A DNA stretch of 64,000 nucleotides, from assembly GCF_032444005.1 (NCBI RefSeq), contig NC_091291.1, forward strand, positions 109,864,001 to 109,928,000, in the 5' to 3' direction. The notes beneath the pieces are model-generated. The model was not told the origin of the DNA. It did not search any database and saw only the letters and a list, made by a program, of their open reading frames with translations. This DNA comes from Ranitomeya imitator. Taxonomy: Eukaryota. Within the stretch, counting starts at the first letter, position 1, and every line of letters begins with the position of its first letter. Positions 1 to 11,490 of the stretch are shown in pieces. A program made the translations under genes and the position numbers.

Positions 1-568
1 CCTGCCTCGTGGCCGGACAGACCACATCACCACCTGTTGCTGGTACCTTGGACTGTGGCTTACTACAACCAGAAAACCAGGTAATGAGACTGTAACCATG
101 TGTTCTCTATTTATTTCCGGCACTACACTCTGGCCAAACACACCAGGAGCCCTGGGGACCCCGCTTTACCTGTGGGAAGCGACACCATCTTTGCTGCAGT
201 ACCATCACCCCCAGATGACCCCTTTAAGCAGCGTCAGTCGCCTCTGACCGACAACCACAGGTGGCGTCACAAACTTTTATTATTTTCACATCCCCTTTAA
301 AGACTGTTCCCCTCTTACTTGGGCGCTCAGGGCCACGGACTCAGCTACATGCTAATGTCATCAAGCCGTGTGTACCTGTGTCACTGAGAAAGGGCTGGGC
401 AAGAAGCTGAGGATGTCTTCCCGCAGCTCCGCTGCCATCTTGTCCTGTAGGCAGCAGAGCTGCAGGATCGCACCCTGCCTGACACACCGCACATGATGAG
501 GGCAATCTGGCCATGAGCCCCAAGAAGCCTCATGCTCCGTGAAACTGGCCAGATGGCCCTCATTATTA

Positions 569-988
569 GGCTACTTTCACACTAGCGTTTTCTGCAATCC
601 GTCACAATGCGACGTGTTGCAGAAAAAACGCATCCTGCAAAAGTGCTTGCAGGATGCGTTTTTTCCCCATAGACTTGTATTGACGACGCATTGCGACAGA
701 TTGCCACACATCGCATCCGTCGTGCGATGGATGCGTCGTGCTTTGGCGGACCGTCGGGAGCAAAAAACGCTACATGTAACGTTTTTTGCTCCTGACGGAC
801 CGCTTTTTCCGACCGCGCATGCGCGGCCAGAACTCCGCCCCCACCTCCCTGCACCTCACAATGGGGCGGCGGATGCGCCGGAGAAATGCATCCGCTGCCT
901 CCGTTGTGCAGTCCGTTAAACGCTAGCGTCGGAATCTCTGCCCGACGCATTGCGACGGGGAGATTCCGACGCTAGTGTGAAAGTAGCC
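569..988. mobile_element. PIF/Harbinger-type MITE (palindromic)
   Basis: TIR GGCTACTTTCACACTAGCG...CGCTAGTGTGAAAGTAGCC flanked by TTA/TTA 3-bp TSD; related copies at 52300-52585 and 63367-63754. Confidence 0.85.
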
Positions 989-1475
989 TTAGCTGCCCTG
1001 CGAGGACCCCCCTCCACCTCTGGTGGGCCCCGGTGCAGCTGCACAGGCTGTATCCGCTATATGTCCGATCCTGATTCACATAGGTACCACCCATGCTCAC
1101 AGTGTTTAGGAACTCAGATCAGCATATGCCCTCTCTTCATTTTGGGGAATGGAGGGTTTGTATTCATTTTAAGTGGTTATTCATAGAGATCAGCAATGTT
1201 TGAAAACTGGGATTTGCAAGCTTTGCCAAATTTTCTACAAAAATTCATTTTAGAGCAAATCGCATGCGCTGCAAAGTCTCCGTTTGCCCTAAAAAGACGT
1301 GTGTCATATGAGGTCTCTTAGGACGGTACTGATCCCCTTTCAAACTTCAATACACAAATTGTCTCTTCAGAGAGGAAGAGGACTAGAACTCTAGCGCCAC
1401 CTATTGGAAGTAGCGATCCTAACAGACAATGTCGACCCTTTAACGAGCCTTGTCACATGACTTAGGATAAGAGCC

Positions 1476-1549
1476 AAACCAGATCTCAATTTGCAGACAC
1501 TGTGTTTCGGGGTACTGCCCCTCATCAGTGCAAAGTCGAGATCTGGTTT
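1476..1549 (-). ncRNA. Type I hammerhead ribozyme, intact core
   Basis: Minus strand: AAACCAGATCTC-GAC-TTTGCA CTGATGA GGGG-CAGTA-CCCC GAA ACA-CAG-TGT C TGCAAA-TT-GAGATCTGGTTT; all conserved core nucleotides, GUC cleavage triplet (cut between 1496 and 1495), extended stem I with internal loop. Confidence 0.88.
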
Positions 1550-1695
1550 CGATGAATGAGAGGCGTGACAATTTGCATATTTCCCAGAGGAGCATTGCGG
1601 CTTTAAGTCTCCTCATCTCGACATGCTTAACATGTCACTCTCTGCAAGGAGAAATTATACTTCTTGGATCCCGGTAAGACGCTTCTCATTCAGCC

Positions 1696-1769
1696 AAACC
1701 AGATCTCCACTTTGCACTGACGAGGGGCAGTAGCCCAAAACACAGTGTCTGCAAATTGAGATCTGGTTT
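1696..1769 (+). ncRNA. Type I hammerhead ribozyme copy, core mutated
   Basis: TTTGCA CTGACGA GGGGCAGTAGCCC AAAAC ACAGTGTC TGCAAA; GAAAC is replaced by AAAAC and stem II is altered relative to the 1476-1549 copy. Confidence 0.75.
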
Positions 1770-2792
1770 GGCTCTTATCCTAAGTCATGTGACAAGGCTC
1801 GTTAAAGGGTCGACATTGACTGTTAGGATTGCTACTTCCAATAGGTGGCACTAGAGTTCTAGTCCTCTTCCTCTCTGAAGACACAATTTGCATATTTCCC
1901 AGAGGAGCATTGCAGCTTTAAGTCTCCTCATCTCAACATGCTTAACATGTCACTCTCTCCGCAAGGAGAAACGATACTTTTTAAACTCCAATACACAAAC
2001 ACAGCTTGAGCAATTTTAAAGTGACTTTAACATATATGTTATATGTCTGTGGGTAAACAAATTGTAACTGGTGGTAACCAAAAACTTGGTTAATAACACT
2101 TTGGACTGATAGAAATTTTCTGCTTTTTAAAATGTAGAAATTATCTAAAAATTATTGCATTAGGGGCAGATGTCTCCCATGTTGGTGTATACACATAGTC
2201 GGTGTACACAGAAGAAAGCATTGCTTTTGGTGAAGCAGTGGTCCAAAGGTTATCTGTTGTTTTTTATTATGTAGAATAGCAATACGTTTGTTGTCTGAAA
2301 AATGAAGAAACAATAGCTTTAACATAGCTTTTTCAAGGTATGACTTATTAACAAATAGTCCAAAAATTATCCCTTTTTTTTTTTTGCGAAAAACGGTGTC
2401 TTTTTAAAAGGATGTGCAAACATTGTCGCTTTTTTTGGGAGCAGCTTCAGGTTTATTAACCCTGTGCAGAATAGGGTTCCTAGCGGAAGTTCAATATAGC
2501 TCTATAAGAATGCAATGGATAGGCAGGAGATAATTGGCACATTATAAAATATAAAGCGACGGGCAAAGAAATGTCCAGCAATGGCAGCCCCGGCATCAGA
2601 AGCACAGTATATTTATAGGACACAATGGACAAGCAGGAGATGTGTTGCTGTCTGATTACAGGTGGTTTATATAGTCCTTTAGTAACACTACGGCTGTGTT
2701 CATACTTGCATTATGGTTATTATTCGCATAACTGGTATCCACCATTTTGACCAGAAAAAAAATGATTGTTCTACTCGCATACATTTTCTTAC

Positions 2793-2924
2793 CATAATTC
2801 CGGACCAATAAAGGACACCAGTGTAAGTCAAGCCGTTTATAAAAAACATTCGTTGCCGTTGACATGCGACTGTGAAGATGATGCCGAAGAATATGTGATT
2901 TATTCCTATGATGAACTGTGTCAC
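2793..2924 (-). CDS. MS4A: MS4A gene A, TM1-TM2 exon (VTQFIIGINHIFFGIIFTVACQRQRMFFINGLTYTGVLYWSGIM)
   Basis: 132 nt, acceptor ttacag|GTG, donor ATG|gtaag, phase 0; homologous to the TM1-TM2 exons of genes B and C; Y-x-G-x-x-x-W-x-G motif of MS4A. Confidence 0.85.
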
Positions 2925-4448
2925 CTGTAACGGGAGGGAACAAAGTTTAGTAATTTTCTCAATTTCTCTTCACCCTCGTAACCTGACATGTAACATATAG
3001 CGATGAATAGGGAATGACAAGTCTTCAGCTCTTTTATGATGGAGTATTATGGCTCCATTTGGTCTTCTCATTGTCAGGTTTACATCTGGATGAAGCTCAT
3101 GGGCCGTTACAGTCAAATTTTCATCCTGGTAGTTATCAACAGCAGTTGGAGGGACAACACTCTCAGAAGAGAGCCACATCCTATGTTCTAGTGATTGTTG
3201 GGGTCTCCTAGATCTTCTACGGTGTTTCCTCTTTCTGATTTTATTGAGGTGGCTGTTTTAGGACAAATGACAACTAGAAATGAGCGAATCGATTCAGAAC
3301 AAATCAAATTCACTATAAAATTTTCCCAGAATTTTGGATTCCTCAGAATTAGTGACATTTTTGAGATTCAATTTGTTTGAAATGGCTGGTTGCCATTTTG
3401 CTGGAGTCTTTTGAGGACTAAGAAGAGGTTTAAAAAGTAATGAATTGTTCTACTCATGTCACCCTTCACCGGTCATGCCACCTCAACTCACAACCAGGTC
3501 CATCACTCACTCCCTTCAACCTTCCGGTACTACTAGGCCTCCGATATGACTCATGTCAATATCAACACACGTCATAGATATCAATGTTATTTGTGGGGAA
3601 TGTTCAGTGTTAGACAAGTGTGAAACCTAATAGTCAGCGATGGAGGTCATAGACTTGGTAGGGAGCAAACATAGGACTGCCTGTCAGCGCTGAAGGCCAT
3701 AGACTTAGTGGGGAGCAAACATAGGACTGGAGCGCACTTACCCAGGTAAAAACGTCACAGTTTATTCGGACATACAGCAAAACCAACAGGGAGGGGTGTG
3801 GATCAAAGACGGACAACGGCCGTTTCTTGCCCACGGCACTTCAACGGGTCCTAACCCGTGCCGTGGGCACGAAACGGCCGTCGTTTTTGGATGAATTGGG
3901 TGAATCTATTCCGAATCAAATTTTGAGAAATTCACTTATTTTATGTGACATCAGGAAGTTCAATTAAATTACTTGTCACCTATCAGCCACTCACAAATGG
4001 ATACTAAACTCTCATTTTCTCACTACATTCAATTGATAGCAAAGTGAACATTTTATCATATATATTAAGAGGATAAAAACGTTGATGGGAGGAGGAGAGC
4101 TTCTTTAACTCTTCTTTCTTTTAACCCTTACGAAGGTTTCGGCATACAGAGTTTTTGGAGTGTTTTTAGTCAGTTTGCTATTGGAGACCCGTGTTTGTAA
4201 CACTGAGCCCAAGTCTGATAAAAGTGCCCTGGTTTGCATTTCTTATCAGTTATAGGTGCCACCCTGAAAAGCGTACCTTGGGTATTGTTATCGTTTCTAA
4301 GCTTACATTTCTTTTTATATGTCTCTCTTATGCATTTTGCTCGATTTGACTCATGAAGAAGACCTGAATTCATCTATAAGTGGCCATGTTTGGAATGAGG
4401 ACAAGATGCAACGTTGGTGAATGACAAGTATTAAAAAAATATACCCAC

Positions 4449-4592
4449 CCCAAGGACTTCAGGTTCTCCTTCGAAAAATTTTACAAAGCGTTTGGGCATT
4501 TCAGCTGGAACACATTTACTTTGTTCTTCCTGAGACTCCATAGGCTGATTATCTTGTGGATTGACTTGCTGCAGAATGACGAGACTGGACAT
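4449..4592 (-). CDS. MS4A: MS4A gene A, N-terminal exon (MSSLVILQQ...FFEGEPEVLG)
   Basis: Acceptor cctggcag|AATCATG at 4596, donor GGG|gtgggt; ends in the MS4A GEPxxLG motif exactly as in genes B and C. Confidence 0.85.
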
Positions 4593-4909
4593 GATTCTGC
4601 CAGGAAAAACTAGACAAATGTAAGAAGCAGAGATATTCTTATTATACTTGTGCAACAAAGCCAGGTAGGACAGGGTTAAATCCTAGCACTGCAGGTCTTG
4701 ATTAGATGCACTTGACTAACTTTGACCAAGAACTAAGGCCTGTGTTCACTAGGGTGGTTTCTGCTGTTTGTTGAGCAGAGTCGAGAGTGCTGCTGGTGAG
4801 TGACCAGCCAAAATGTGAGCTATAGCTGTGAGAGAGACATGCCAGAGTCTCTCTCTGAATGTAGATTATATGGGTCAGCTAGGAAAGCTGAGCAGTCTGT
4901 GTGGTGGAG

Positions 4910-5660
4910 TGTTATGATCTGATGGCCTAGGAGCAGCATGTGACGTACTCTGGAGAAGGTGGTACCTGTACTGACCGCAGACCCTGAACTTAGCACCGCA
5001 ACTAGAAGTAGCCGTGGGATGTACCTAACACTCCCTAGACACCTAGACACAGCCTAAGGACTAACTTCCCCTAAAGATAGAAACGGGAAAACTATCTTGC
5101 CTCAGAGAAAATCCCCAAAGGATAGACAGCCCCCCCACAAATATTGACTGTGAGAGGAGAGGGAAATGACATACGCAGACTGAAATCGGGATTTAGCAAA
5201 GGAGGCCTTTCTAGCTAAAAAGAAAGAATAGGACAGAGAACTATGCGGTCAGTATAAAAACACTAGAAATATCCACCACAGAAAATACAAAACTCCACAT
5301 CTGACTAAAGACATGGAGGGTATATCTGCATCTCCAGAGATACAGCTTGGCTGCAAAAAATCCTTACACAAAGCTGGACAAGACAAAACATGAAAACGCA
5401 CAGAACTATAAGGCCCACAGCATGTGGACAGCAAAAGCAAAGCCAGAACTTATCTTTGTTGAAAAGAACAGCAAAACAGGAGAGACTAGTCAGTCCTCCA
5501 AAAACAATGGACAACTGGCACTGACTAAAGGATCAAGCAAGACTAAATAGCCCAGTCCAAATTGCAATAAGTGGACACACCTGATAAATGCTGCGATCCA
5601 AAGACAGCAGCACTACCACTCATAACCACCGGAGGGAGCCCAAGAGCAGAATTCACAACA
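4910..5660. mobile_element. Solo LTR (751 bp), 6-bp TSD
   Basis: TGTTATGATC...TTCACAACA termini, GTGGAG on both sides; same family as 24448-25198. Confidence 0.85.
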
Positions 5661-6284
5661 GTGGAGCTGTAAAGAACTGTGTGGAAGCTGCAGCATGTTC
5701 AGTGTGAATTGTGCATGGAGTTGAACACTTCTGTTTGGCGCTCAAAACTCCTGGAACTCGGGGTAAAGTGAAGGGCATACCAAGACATGGTAGGATTGTA
5801 CCTCTTATTTGAGTAAAGTTTGTTCTGGGAGAAAGGACTGTGATCTGTCAGGGTGAGCCTGCACTGATATATGTGCCTGCTAAATGAATTGTTTAATTAC
5901 TATTATAGCTTTGTGCCCAGAAGAGGCTAATGCCTACCTGAAAGCATGAATTCCGATGCTTGTTAGAGGTGCAGTGTGTGCTCCAGAGCAGCGCTCCATG
6001 CTACTGGTAGCAGGAAATTTCCAGCCATACGCATGCTATTAGCAAAAAATAGAAACTTCTCCTTTTCATCACAATGACTTGCCAGCCCAGGAAACAACAG
6101 ATATAAATGTACAGAACATTCCTATAATTCATGATTCAGCTATTTGGAAAAGGATTTTCCTTTCTATCCCCTATCTAGCAAGAGTGAAGAGCTGCTACAA
6201 AAAATCACTGTGCAGGACCCAGAATACAAGTCAATGCATTACAATAAAGCCCATTGCTTTCATTGGGTATTATATAATGCTTAA

Positions 6285-7416
6285 AGGGGTTGTCCAGCCC
6301 CAAATGATAAGACTGCAGACTTATGAATCCCCCTATCACACACACTGTGCGCTGTGGGGATTTGCAGGTTTCTCAGCTGGTACCAGTGAGTATGTATGCG
6401 TTATACAGTACATACTCCCAGCCAGAGCCCGACCAGCAGGCATGTAGGGAGGAGAGCCAAGCTAACGGTCCCTCTTACGTGTCTGGGCCAGACACCCGGG
6501 GCTGTCACCATTGTTTCGGGGGGAAGAGATTTCTGACTGGAGCAGTTCAGGACACCTGACTGAAGGGGGCGATTCCAACATAAATAGCGGTGTGCGCGGG
6601 AAGACGGGGCTTTTGGCGGAGGACCAGCGTGAGAGCACAGAGACGGTTGACTCCCTCTCGACTTACCCATGCCAGCTATCCAAGCCTCCTCACCCGATTA
6701 GCAGTGTCATCCCGACTGATGACCCAGGGCCCAGAGAGACCCCCGCAATGTACAGTGACCAGTACGGACTTCAGAACATCGTTCCGCTCACCACGCAGAG
6801 GCACCACTGAGTCCTTTCACTGCGGTGAAAGCGGAGCTGGACTGCATATTACTCCCGCGGCCTTGTCTGCTGAACTGTTTACTACATCCGCTGTGCTGCG
6901 GACCAACACCTCTACAACATCTCATGCCCGGACCAGGAGACCACGTGCTGAAAGACCTGGAGGATTCACCACCGCAAGGAGCCAGTGCATCGCCTTGCTG
7001 CGGGACCGGATTGGAGACATCTCGCACCGCCTGCAGCGCCACCGAGGGATCTTCCAGCCACCACCTACCAAGGTCCAGAGACTGATAAGCTGAAGTGTTG
7101 TTTTATTTCTAATAATACCCCCCCGCTTGATTTATAATTGTGTTACATAAAAACCCTGTTAACCCTTGCTCTGCCTCCTGTGTGTCACTGCATCCTACCC
7201 ACCTGCCAGCATCCTACAGGCACAACCTCGCTCCATACACTTATATAGAGCTAGGCCGCGCCCACTAGTCTGGCTCTGGCCAGGAGTATGTATAACACGT
7301 ATATACCCGCTGGTCATGGCTCAGAAGCCGGTGAATCCAGTGTGTGCGTTGGGGGATTCATAAGTCTGACGTCACACTGAGTGACAACAGACATAATTTC
7401 GGTCCAGACAAACCCT
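6285..7416. mobile_element. T2/Kolobok-type MITE carrying a nested solo LTR
   Basis: TTAA|AGGGGTTGTCC...GACAAACCCT|TTAA termini. Confidence 0.7.
6443..7218. mobile_element. Solo LTR (776 bp), 4-bp TSD
   Basis: TGTAGG...CCTACA termini, GGCA duplicated on both sides. Confidence 0.8.
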
Positions 7417-8919
7417 TTAATTACATTTGTTATAGCTAGTGATGATCGGACACCGAAATGTCAGCGCGGTCGGTACATGAATCGTGCAGTTCGGGCGCTC
7501 AGATGGGCTCGACTCGAGTAACGAATATAATGAAAGTCAGTGGGAAACTCAAGCATTTTTCTAGTAGACCCTACAGGAGGGCTGGGAGGCAGGAAAATCA
7601 CTGAAATGGATGGAAATGGGGCTAAAATGAAATGGGATCAGCATGGGGAAGATGCCTGGACACATGCCTGCTGGGAACAATGCTGTCAGAGTATTCCACC
7701 ACTTTTACAGACTGACAATAAAGCATACAAAACCGAAGATAAAACGGATTTTACAGGAAAAAATGTTAGGAACCATTCTTTCTTGTTTAATGACTTGTAT
7801 ATAAAAGCAAGATTAAAAAGAAAATAAAGAAAAGGCCTCCTGCACACCTCCTAAACAGGTAAATGTAGTTTTAACATTTTACTATTAAAGAGCAAGCACT
7901 AAAGTGCTCGGATGCTCGTTACTCGAACAGAGCAATTTCTAATGCTGGGTTGCTCATTTCGAGTAACGAGTATAATGGAAGTCAAGGGGAAATCTGAGCA
8001 TTATTCTGGCAGATACTATGAGAAGGTCTGTGGGACAGTGAAAATAAGTCTATTGATGAATTTACTTATTAAATCCAGGAAAAAATTTTGAACAGTATTT
8101 GGCAGTTTTATATACCACCGTAATGTAACAATAATCACGTTAAACTCTGTGAATGACTTATTAAATCCACAAAATATTTTTGAATGTTTTTTTTTGTTTT
8201 ATATACTACCATAAAGTAACACTAAGAAATGCATTAATGACTATGGATGACTAACGTAATCCACAAAAAATGTTTGAACTTTTTTTTTTTTAGTTTTAAA
8301 TACCATCGTTCCCATGGTCAGTAAACGCTGCAGGTTGGACGCTGCGTACATCTGTCTCCCAGTCTCCGCAAGATAAATATCACCAGTGCAATGTATTGAA
8401 TGTGGTGATTCCACACGGTTCAATGAACACAAGCGGAATCACCTGCATTCAAAAGCCGGAAGCACTTTGGACGGAGTGGACATATGCTGCGTCCAAAACG
8501 CTGCCTAATACTGACAGTGGGGACGTAGCCTAACACTAACCTTGTTAAACACATTGGATGACTAATTCAATCAATAAAAAAAAATTGGAACAGTTCTTTT
8601 TTAGTTTTATATACCACCGTAATGTAACACTAACCACGCTAAACTCTATGAATAGCTAATTCAATCCAGAAAAACGTTTTGCTCTTTTTAAATTTTACAC
8701 ACCACTGTAATATAACTCAAAGCACATATGGATGACAATATAGTCTACCTATGGATGACAATATAGTTAATTGTTTCATAAAAAAAAAGAATGTGGTCAC
8801 ATGCAGCAGCTTTATATTTAGCAAAGGACTGCAAAGCTTTAAGCCCTGCCTAAAGGCTCTATTCTGCCACTCTCCCTGCACCTGCAACCGATAGTAGGCT
8901 AAATGCAGAACGTATCTAA

Positions 8920-9351
8920 GGCTGGTTTTACACTTGCCGTGTTTTTTTGGCCCATTTTTGTGGCCCCAATGCATTTCTATGGGGCCGCAAAAATTCGTAG
9001 GAGCGCCGTACGCTGTAAGGCCATGAGGGCCGTATATATACGGCCGTGAAAAAATATCGAGCTTGCCTGAGATATTTCACGGCCTATGGACACAGGCCCC
9101 ATTGAAAATCAATGGGGCCACAAAAACATCGGTAGGTGGTTTTTGCGGTGCGCCATCACTTCCGGTTTTGCGGACTGCCGTTTTTTCCCCCAATACTTTT
9201 GCTATAGTATTGGGAACCTGGAAAATGGCAATCCGCAAGTTTTTTGAGGTCTGTTATTGCGGCAGACCTTGAAAATTGCGGCAATACGGCCCATCAAAAA
9301 AGACCCGCAATAACGGGCCGCAAAAAAAACACGGTATGTGTAAAAGAAGCC
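8920..9351. mobile_element. Harbinger-type MITE
   Basis: TAA|GGCTGGTTTTACAC...GTGTAAAAGAAGCC|TAA. Confidence 0.75.
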
Positions 9352-9925
9352 TAATACAAACAGAAAAGCACAGAAGGAAGGACTGTTTGTATGATGGTTC
9401 AGCATCAGCACCAGTATCACCACTAGAGGACTCTGATAAGTTAAGCTGTGCACACACAGGCCAGGATAACTCCTCTTTCCCACCAATCAGAATTATCCCT
9501 GAGCTGTGAAATGGCGTCAGTGAGCCGGGCGTGATGGTGGCTGTCTTTTTATAACCTCTGATGAGGTAATACGGTCAGCCAATCACAGTAATACCACTCC
9601 CTAGATGCTATGGCTTTACAGTGACTCACAGGCAATGCTTATTAGCTTGCACAGGAGCCAAACATGCGGGGTGGGGATTCAAGCTTCAAATCCGAGCCCC
9701 AGGCAATGCTCATCGAGTGCCGAGCACATTCAAGCACCCAGATACTCGAGTGACATCCGAGTATCACCGAGCATGTTCCCTCATCCCCTATAAGCTATCT
9801 ATGTCCACTTTGACACCCACAATTCCAAAGTGTCCAAAGTGGTGTAAATTAGCAAGAAGTCAGATATTTTCCCACAAAATTTGAGACACATTGACCCCCC
9901 CAAAAAATTGGCACAAAAGCCTTAA

Positions 9926-10423
9926 AGGGAATCTGTCAGTTGGATCAACCTCTTAAGCAGTCTACATGGGCATGCAGGTCATACAAAGTTGAATAAAATG
10001 ATACCTTGATATCTGTGATCCGATATCGCATTTCTGAGAAATCCACATTTTTCTTAATATGTAAATGAGCCGTTAAGATCTATGGGCCTGACATAGATCT
10101 CCCAGAACATCTGACTTCAGAGCTTACTTTAAATGAAAGGTGATATTACCAATGGGAGAGATGTGAATTAGGAGAGTGGACTGTCAATCATTACATGTCT
10201 CACACCGGTAATGCTTTAAAGAAAGCTCTGGAGGCAGATTTTCAGGGAGATCTATGTCCAACCCATAGATCTTAACAGCATGTTTACATATTAAGAAAAA
10301 CGTGGATTTCTCTGGAATGAAACATCAGATCGTGGATATCAAGGTATCATTTTGCTTAGTTTCCTATGACCTACATGTCCATGTAGACGGCTTAGGTGGG
10401 TTGACCCTACTGTCAAATACCCT
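9926..10423. mobile_element. T2/Kolobok-type palindromic MITE
   Basis: TTAA|AGGGAATCTGTCAG...CTGTCAAATACCCT|TTAA, internal inverted symmetry. Confidence 0.75.
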
Positions 10424-10427
10424 TTAA

Positions 10428-11044
10428 AGGGAACCTGCCACCCCCAAAATTGATGGTGAGGTAATCCCACTGGCATCAGGGGCTTATCTACAGCATTCTG
10501 TCATGCTGTAGATAAGCCACCGATGTTACCTGAAAGAGGAGAAAAAGACGTTAGATTATACTCACCCAGAGGCGGTCCTGCTCCGATGGGTGTCTCAGGT
10601 TCGCTCCGGTGCCTCCCATCTTCATTCCATAACCTCCTCTTCTGGTCTTCATGCCGCGGAAACGGCGCAGGCGTACTTTGTCTGCCCTGTTGAGGGCAGA
10701 GCAAAGTACTGCAGTGCGCAGGCGTTGGGCCTCTCTGACCTTTCCGGCGCCTGCGCACTGCAGTACTTTCCTCTGCCCTCAACAGGGCAGACAAAGTACG
10801 CCTGCGCCAGAGCCGCGGCGTGAAGACCAGAAGAGGACGTCATGGAATTAAGATGGGAGGCGCTGGAGCGGACCTGAGACACCCATCGGAGCAGGACCGC
10901 CCCTGGGTGAGTATAATCTAACGTCTTTTTCTCCTCTTTCAGGTAACATCGGGGGCTTATCTACAGCATTCCAGAATGCTGTAGATAAGCCCCTGATGCC
11001 GGTGGGCTTACCTCACCATCGATTTTGGGGGTGACAGGTTCCGT
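10428..11044. mobile_element. T2/Kolobok-type near-perfect palindromic MITE
   Basis: TTAA|AGGGAACCTG...CAGGTTCCGT|TTAA; left and right halves are reverse complements (mirror ORFs in the track); shares TTAA 10424-10427 with the previous element. Confidence 0.85.
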
Positions 11045-11281
11045 TTAATACATTTCCCTTTCCTGTGCATTGATCTGATTTATGATTGCGCAGAATGTTT
11101 ACTTGTTTCTATGTAAAGCATCACACAACACCGTGACGTTCGGCGCTGCCAAATTACGGACTAAGATCTGGCTCATTTGTAAACATTATCTCTGTCCTAT
11201 CTTACACTGATGTAACATAATGAGTGGAACAAAAGTCTTAAAGTTCTTTCCTCCAAGTGCTGCCAAGAACTTAACACTTAC

Positions 11282-11490
11282 TTTTTTTTCATCTGCTGTA
11301 CAGACTCGATGTGTGGATCTGGATACACGGGACCTAACGCTGTGATTCCTCGTCCGTTTCGCAGGACTTCGCTGTGATATTTCCTCTTTCTGACCGTGAT
11401 CATATGACTGTTTTCTGCAGAAAGGAATCTGTGATGCTTCTCTGAGGGGGGAAGAGTTGTTTTTTTTAACTCTTCTGGGATCTGTTCCAT
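11282..11490 (-). CDS. Candidate coding exon 1 of MS4A gene A (MEQIPEELKK...VRKRKYH...QQMKK)
   Basis: 209-nt open frame from ATG in apparently non-repetitive DNA ending at a consensus donor AA|GTAAGT; phase 2 joins in frame to the 4596 acceptor (AA+A ATC ATG). Confidence 0.45.

Larger units (their letters stand above)
1342..1999. mobile_element. Hammerhead-bearing Penelope-pLTR/retrozyme-like insertion (inverted copy + ~1.3 tandem 315-nt units)
   Basis: 1355-1565 is the reverse complement of 1680-1890; the segment starting ACAATTTGCATATTTCCC occurs at 1568 and 1883 (period 315); flanked by AAACTTCAATACACAAA (1342-1358) and AAACTCCAATACACAAA (1983-1999), a probable TSD. Confidence 0.8.

Noticed and set aside
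950-1186. ORF ending GFVFILSGYS as the missing ISGSLS exon of gene A
   Set aside because: Wrong strand (plus), no fitting splice sites, stop immediately after
2970-3211. Short ORFs on both strands between gene A exons
   Set aside because: No MS4A similarity and no convincing splice-site pair; the two flanking exons already join in phase 0
10501-10882. Mirror-image ORFs on both strands (also 582-950 and 15004-15331)
   Set aside because: A consequence of palindromic MITE structure
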